Below, one piece after another: positions 60,821 through 64,000 of a stretch of 64,000 nucleotides of DNA. Every line of letters starts with the position of its first letter. Position 1 is the stretch's first letter. The notes beneath the pieces were generated by a model that had not been told where the DNA came from, searched no databases, and worked only from the letters and a program-made list of their open reading frames with translations. The position numbers and the translations under genes were made by a program. Source of the DNA: an uncultured virus (IMG/VR IMGVR_UViG_3300043436_004224) (taxonomy: Duplodnaviria > Heunggongvirae > Uroviricota > Caudoviricetes); the IMG/VR virus record IMGVR_UViG_3300043436_004224. One strand, given 5' to 3'.

Positions 60821-61759
60821 ATGAAAAGACAAATTAGTATCGCGCTCGCGGTGGCATTGCTTGCCGTTGGGACTACCCCCGCTAGCGCTGGAGTTCAAGG
60901 TGAAGTTAGTTCTTGGGGTCTAGATAGAGTAGACCAAACAGCGGGAACAGCAACACTAGATAGAAGCTACAAATACCCCGACAGCGCTGGCGCTGGAGTT
61001 CGCGTGTATGTTTTAGACACGGGAGTTCTTGGAACGCTACCTGGTTTCGGCGGGAGAGTTCTTACAGGGTTTGACACTCTCGCGGGACTTAGAACGCCAC
61101 ATCAGGCTAATCTTGACTGTAATGGTCATGGAACAGCCGTAGCTGGAATCATTGCTAGCGCGACTTATGGAGTAGCTAAGAGCGCAACCATTGTGCCAGT
61201 TCGCGTTGCGGACTGTAAAGGTGGAATAGTTCCTGCCAACATTGTCAAGGGAATTGACTGGATAATCAAGAATCACCCGCGCGGTACCCCTGCCGTTGTG
61301 AATCTAAGTATCGCGGTTGGTAAGACTAAGTTGGTTGATGACGCGATTACAAAACTCTACGGGATTGGTATAGTTTCAGTAGTTTCCGCTGGTAATCAAA
61401 ACATAGACGCTTGTCGTCTAAGCCCCGCGGGAGCAACATACGCCCTTACCGTTGGGTCTATAAACATGAACGACCAAAGAACAAATACTTCTAACTTTGG
61501 CGAGTGTGTTTCTATGTACGCCCCTGGTGGTTTGATTACTACCGAGGGAACAAATGGTTTGCCCTCAACAAGAAGCGGAACATCTTTTTCCGCGCCTCAT
61601 GTTGCTGGAGCAATAGCCTTGTATCTTTCAAGCAACCCTAAGGCAGACGCCCCCGCGACTGTTTGGGAGATTACAAGAAATGGTTTGAGTGGAGCTGTTG
61701 CTGACGCTAAGAGCGTTAGAGGCAATGTTCTACTCAACACCGCCTTTCTAAACAAGTAA
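60821..61759 (+). CDS. Secreted S8 subtilisin-like serine protease (aqualysin/proteinase-K-like)
   Basis: Signal peptide, SWGLDRVDQ, catalytic D (VLDTG), H (GHGT), S (GTSFSAPHVAG); start ATG 60821. Confidence 0.92.
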   Translation: MKRQISIALAVALLAVGTTPASAGVQGEVSSWGLDRVDQTAGTATLDRSYKYPDSAGAGVRVYVLDTGVLGTLPGFGGRVLTGFDTLAGLRTPHQANLDCNGHGTAVAGIIASATYGVAKSATIVPVRVADCKGGIVPANIVKGIDWIIKNHPRGTPAVVNLSIAVGKTKLVDDAITKLYGIGIVSVVSAGNQNIDACRLSPAGATYALTVGSINMNDQRTNTSNFGECVSMYAPGGLITTEGTNGLPSTRSGTSFSAPHVAGAIALYLSSNPKADAPATVWEITRNGLSGAVADAKSVRGNVLLNTAFLNK

Positions 61760-61952
61760 GCAATAAGCAAAGACCCCCTGCCGTAATTGGCGGGGGGTTT
61801 TTTGCTAGCTGAAGGCGTGTATCCACTTTTTGACCTGTTGAAAAAACTTTTGCGGAATTGCTTGTTTTATCGGATTAGTATGCTATGATGATTACATCAT
61901 CAAAAGATGATAATCCAAGCAACAAAAGCAACACCTAACAAAGGGGAATAAG

Positions 61953-62294
61953 TTGACAACATCAACAACAACCGCAACAACAACCGCAACCAAGGCAACA
62001 AAAGTTGTTCTAGGACAAGTTCGGGAATTGACTGAGGTTAGGGCAGAAATTGCCAGACTGGAAAAACTAAAGTTGGCTCTCACCGCTGAAATTGAAAAGG
62101 CTTTTGAGGTTGACAAAGAAGCAAAGACCTCACGCTTTTCAACCCTTACTCACAATGCCATAGAGTTCGCAAGAATTGACTGGAGAAGCCGTAAGGGTAT
62201 TGACTCAGAGAAGTTAGCCCTAGAGTTTCCTGAAGCGTTTGAGGCTTGCCAGAAGCCAACTGTTTACTCAGTAATAGTTTCCTTGTTCAAGTAA
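61953..62294 (+). CDS. Hypothetical coiled-coil protein; paralogue of 54207-54557
   Basis: Shared motifs; TTG start after AAAGGGGAA. Confidence 0.7.
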   Translation: MTTSTTTATTTATKATKVVLGQVRELTEVRAEIARLEKLKLALTAEIEKAFEVDKEAKTSRFSTLTHNAIEFARIDWRSRKGIDSEKLALEFPEAFEACQKPTVYSVIVSLFK

Positions 62295-62497
62295 AAGGGA
62301 GAGAGAAGCCCCCGCCGAAAGGTTGGGGGCTTTTCTTTTGCCAAAAAGTTTTACGGCGACTCGCGGGCTGTATCCACTTTTTGATTAGTCTTCCAGGTGT
62401 ATCACGGGCTTAGGCTTTTTGTCTGTGGCAAATAGTATGCTAATGATTACTAGCCAATTGGTTAGTAGTTGGGCAACAATTATTAGTTTGGAGAATC

Positions 62498-62701
62498 ATG
62501 AACATTAGTTCAGATACAAGGTCAACGCAAGAGTTGACTGTTGCGCTTATGGCACTAAACACTACAACCCTTATTCCAACTGGATACGGGGTATCTCAGG
62601 ACTGTGCAACAGCTATTGAGTTCTTGAAGCAACGCTCAGAACAGATGGCTAATGTTGCTAAGGAAATTGAGAAGCTACTAGGGGGAGTTCACCGTGGCTA
62701 A
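62498..62701 (+). CDS. Hypothetical protein
   Basis: GGAG RBS. Confidence 0.55.
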   Translation: MNISSDTRSTQELTVALMALNTTTLIPTGYGVSQDCATAIEFLKQRSEQMANVAKEIEKLLGGVHRG

Positions 62702-62933
62702 GTTTGTAATCACTAATGGCAGAGTTGGTAATGACAACGGTAATCAGCAATTTGTAGAACACGCCTATTATCACCCTATGGGCAGGAAAGCCCTATTGAA
62801 CAAGATTCAAGACCTAGCTAATAGAAGCGGATTAGAGTCTTGGGCAGAGCTATACACGGAATGGAAAGATGAGAATAGGACTGGCAAAACACCGAATCGA
62901 ATCTTCCCTAGAAAGCCGTATTCAACTTACTAA
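62694..62933 (+). CDS. Hypothetical protein
   Basis: GGGGAG RBS; followed by terminator at 62956-62985. Confidence 0.55.
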   Translation: MAKFVITNGRVGNDNGNQQFVEHAYYHPMGRKALLNKIQDLANRSGLESWAELYTEWKDENRTGKTPNRIFPRKPYSTY

Positions 62934-63684
62934 CTAGATACCTCAGTAAGTAATGACCCCCTAGCTATACGGTTGGGGGGTCTTTGCTATGCGGTATGCG
63001 GTTGAATAGTTTGGATTCATGAATGCTTGATCATGCGGATAGCAAAAACAATTATTGAATTAGTTTTTTGATAGATCAGGTTGACCCCCCCATGAAATAA
63101 GCCAAAAATAATTAGCGGGCGGGCGGGCATACCCCCCTCAGAAACTTATAGTTAGTAATAAACTTACTTAGGTCTTTTCTAGTTCTTTCAGCTAGCCCTC
63201 ATAGACGCCCCCCTGTAAGCCTCACTAGAAAGACACCCAACTTGGACAGCTAATGCTAGACGCCCCCTCAGAGTAGTAGTCATAGATTCTAAAGTCATGA
63301 CCCCCTAAGAAAGACAACCTTGTCTTGTAAAGTTCTTAGTAATCTAGTATCCTTGACAATAGATAGTAATTTTTATTTTTCTAGCTTGAAGCAAGGACTA
63401 ATTTTTATAAAGAACAATTTTGTATGGCGTATTCAACAAGAATTGTTTTTGGAAGACCCCTTCACTTTTAGGAAACAATTTTGAAGTCCTTCAATTTCAT
63501 ACGGCTACCCTCTCACCCGTCAAAAGCAGTAGACGCTAAGGTACTAATTCTTCCGTTACGGACACCCCCCTCTTTTTAAAAAACGCAATTACCCCCTGCC
63601 CCAAAACGACAAAAAATCCGGAAAAAATTTTTCAAAAAAATTCGTCCAATAGCCCGATATCTACATAGTGCTAAAATGTACCTT

Positions 63685-64000
63685 ATGCCCCGTAGAACAG
63701 CGCGAAGTCAGCCGCTACCCCCAGCCGAAGTTGAGTACCTAAACTCGCTTACAATAAACGCCCTTATCCCGAGAGTCAACGCACTGTATAACGCAGGGTG
63801 GGCGCTTCAAGCCATCGGGGAATGCCTATCCCCTAGACGCCCTAGATCCACGGTTCGCAGCTGGGTAGTTAAGTCTGCTGAGCTTGGGGCCCAAGAAGCA
63901 GTAGACGCCCCTACCCTCCCATCTCCTGTACATAAAACAGCAGCCGATGGGTATCAGAAACGCCGCCCTACATCTCCAGGTATCCCTGAGGACACTTTTG
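63685..64000 (+). CDS. HTH DNA-binding protein, leaderless; runs off window end
   Basis: TGCTAAAAT 7 nt before ATG; MPRRTARSQPL...LYNAGWALQAIGECL...RSTVRSWV. Confidence 0.65.
   Translation, partial: MPRRTARSQPLPPAEVEYLNSLTINALIPRVNALYNAGWALQAIGECLSPRRPRSTVRSWVVKSAELGAQEAVDAPTLPSPVHKTAADGYQKRRPTSPGIPEDTF

Larger units (their letters stand above)
49097..62382 (+). repeat. 15 dispersed same-strand copies of GTATCCACTTTT(T)
   Basis: Starts at 49097, 50028, 54086, 54620, 55427, 55990 (4 T), 56484, 56886, 57915, 58465, 59325, 60030, 60722, 61819, 62370; all intergenic. Confidence 0.97.

Noticed and set aside
49097..62382. CRISPR array interpretation of the GTATCCACTTTTT repeats
   Set aside because: The repeat is only 12-13 bp, spacing is 400-4000 bp and contains whole genes, and no cas genes are in the window.
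49097..62382. Classical integron with attC sites
   Set aside because: No tyrosine integrase is in the window, the motif lacks the RYYYAAC..GTTRRRY palindromic structure, and the cassettes carry their own promoters. Only an analogy is kept.
49097..62382. Calling the motif a DnaA box or replication origin
   Set aside because: It matches TTATCCACA at only 7 of 9 positions, has an invariant T-tail, and copies are dispersed one per transcription unit rather than clustered. Kept only as an alternative hypothesis.
54055..62382. Motif as one arm of a conserved hairpin with upstream AAAAGT
   Set aside because: An upstream AAAAGT occurs at only about four copies and with variable spacing, so it is not a consistent structure.

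Overview
This is a 64 kb segment of a large, fairly AT-rich tailed phage genome. The host is most likely an actinobacterium, judged from WhiB, DUF3039, a ClgR-like XRE regulator, a class Ib nrdHIEF operon, an actinobacterial-type short-arm tRNA-Leu and many leaderless genes. 1-4 kb holds the end of a minus-strand tail or fibre module. 4-40 kb holds auxiliary and metabolic genes: nrdHIEF, full-length katG, a carbamoyltransferase, six 2OG-Fe(II) oxygenases, dUTPase, a DNA MTase-like gene, a small serine recombinase, 3 tRNAs, an HDAC-family deacetylase and several lysins and holins. An AT-rich, repeat-containing origin-like gap lies near 41.1 kb. The most striking part is about 45.5-63 kb. It is almost free of GATC and is built as an array of short promoter-gene(s)-terminator units. 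These units are separated by 15 same-strand copies of GTATCCACTTTT(T) and share an unusual TGTCRG-N10-TANNNT promoter. Several 3' hairpins there have C-rich loops complementary to the ribosome-binding sites or leaders of the phage's own genes. All calls come from reading the sequence and recognising motifs by eye. No database searches were run and counts are manual.
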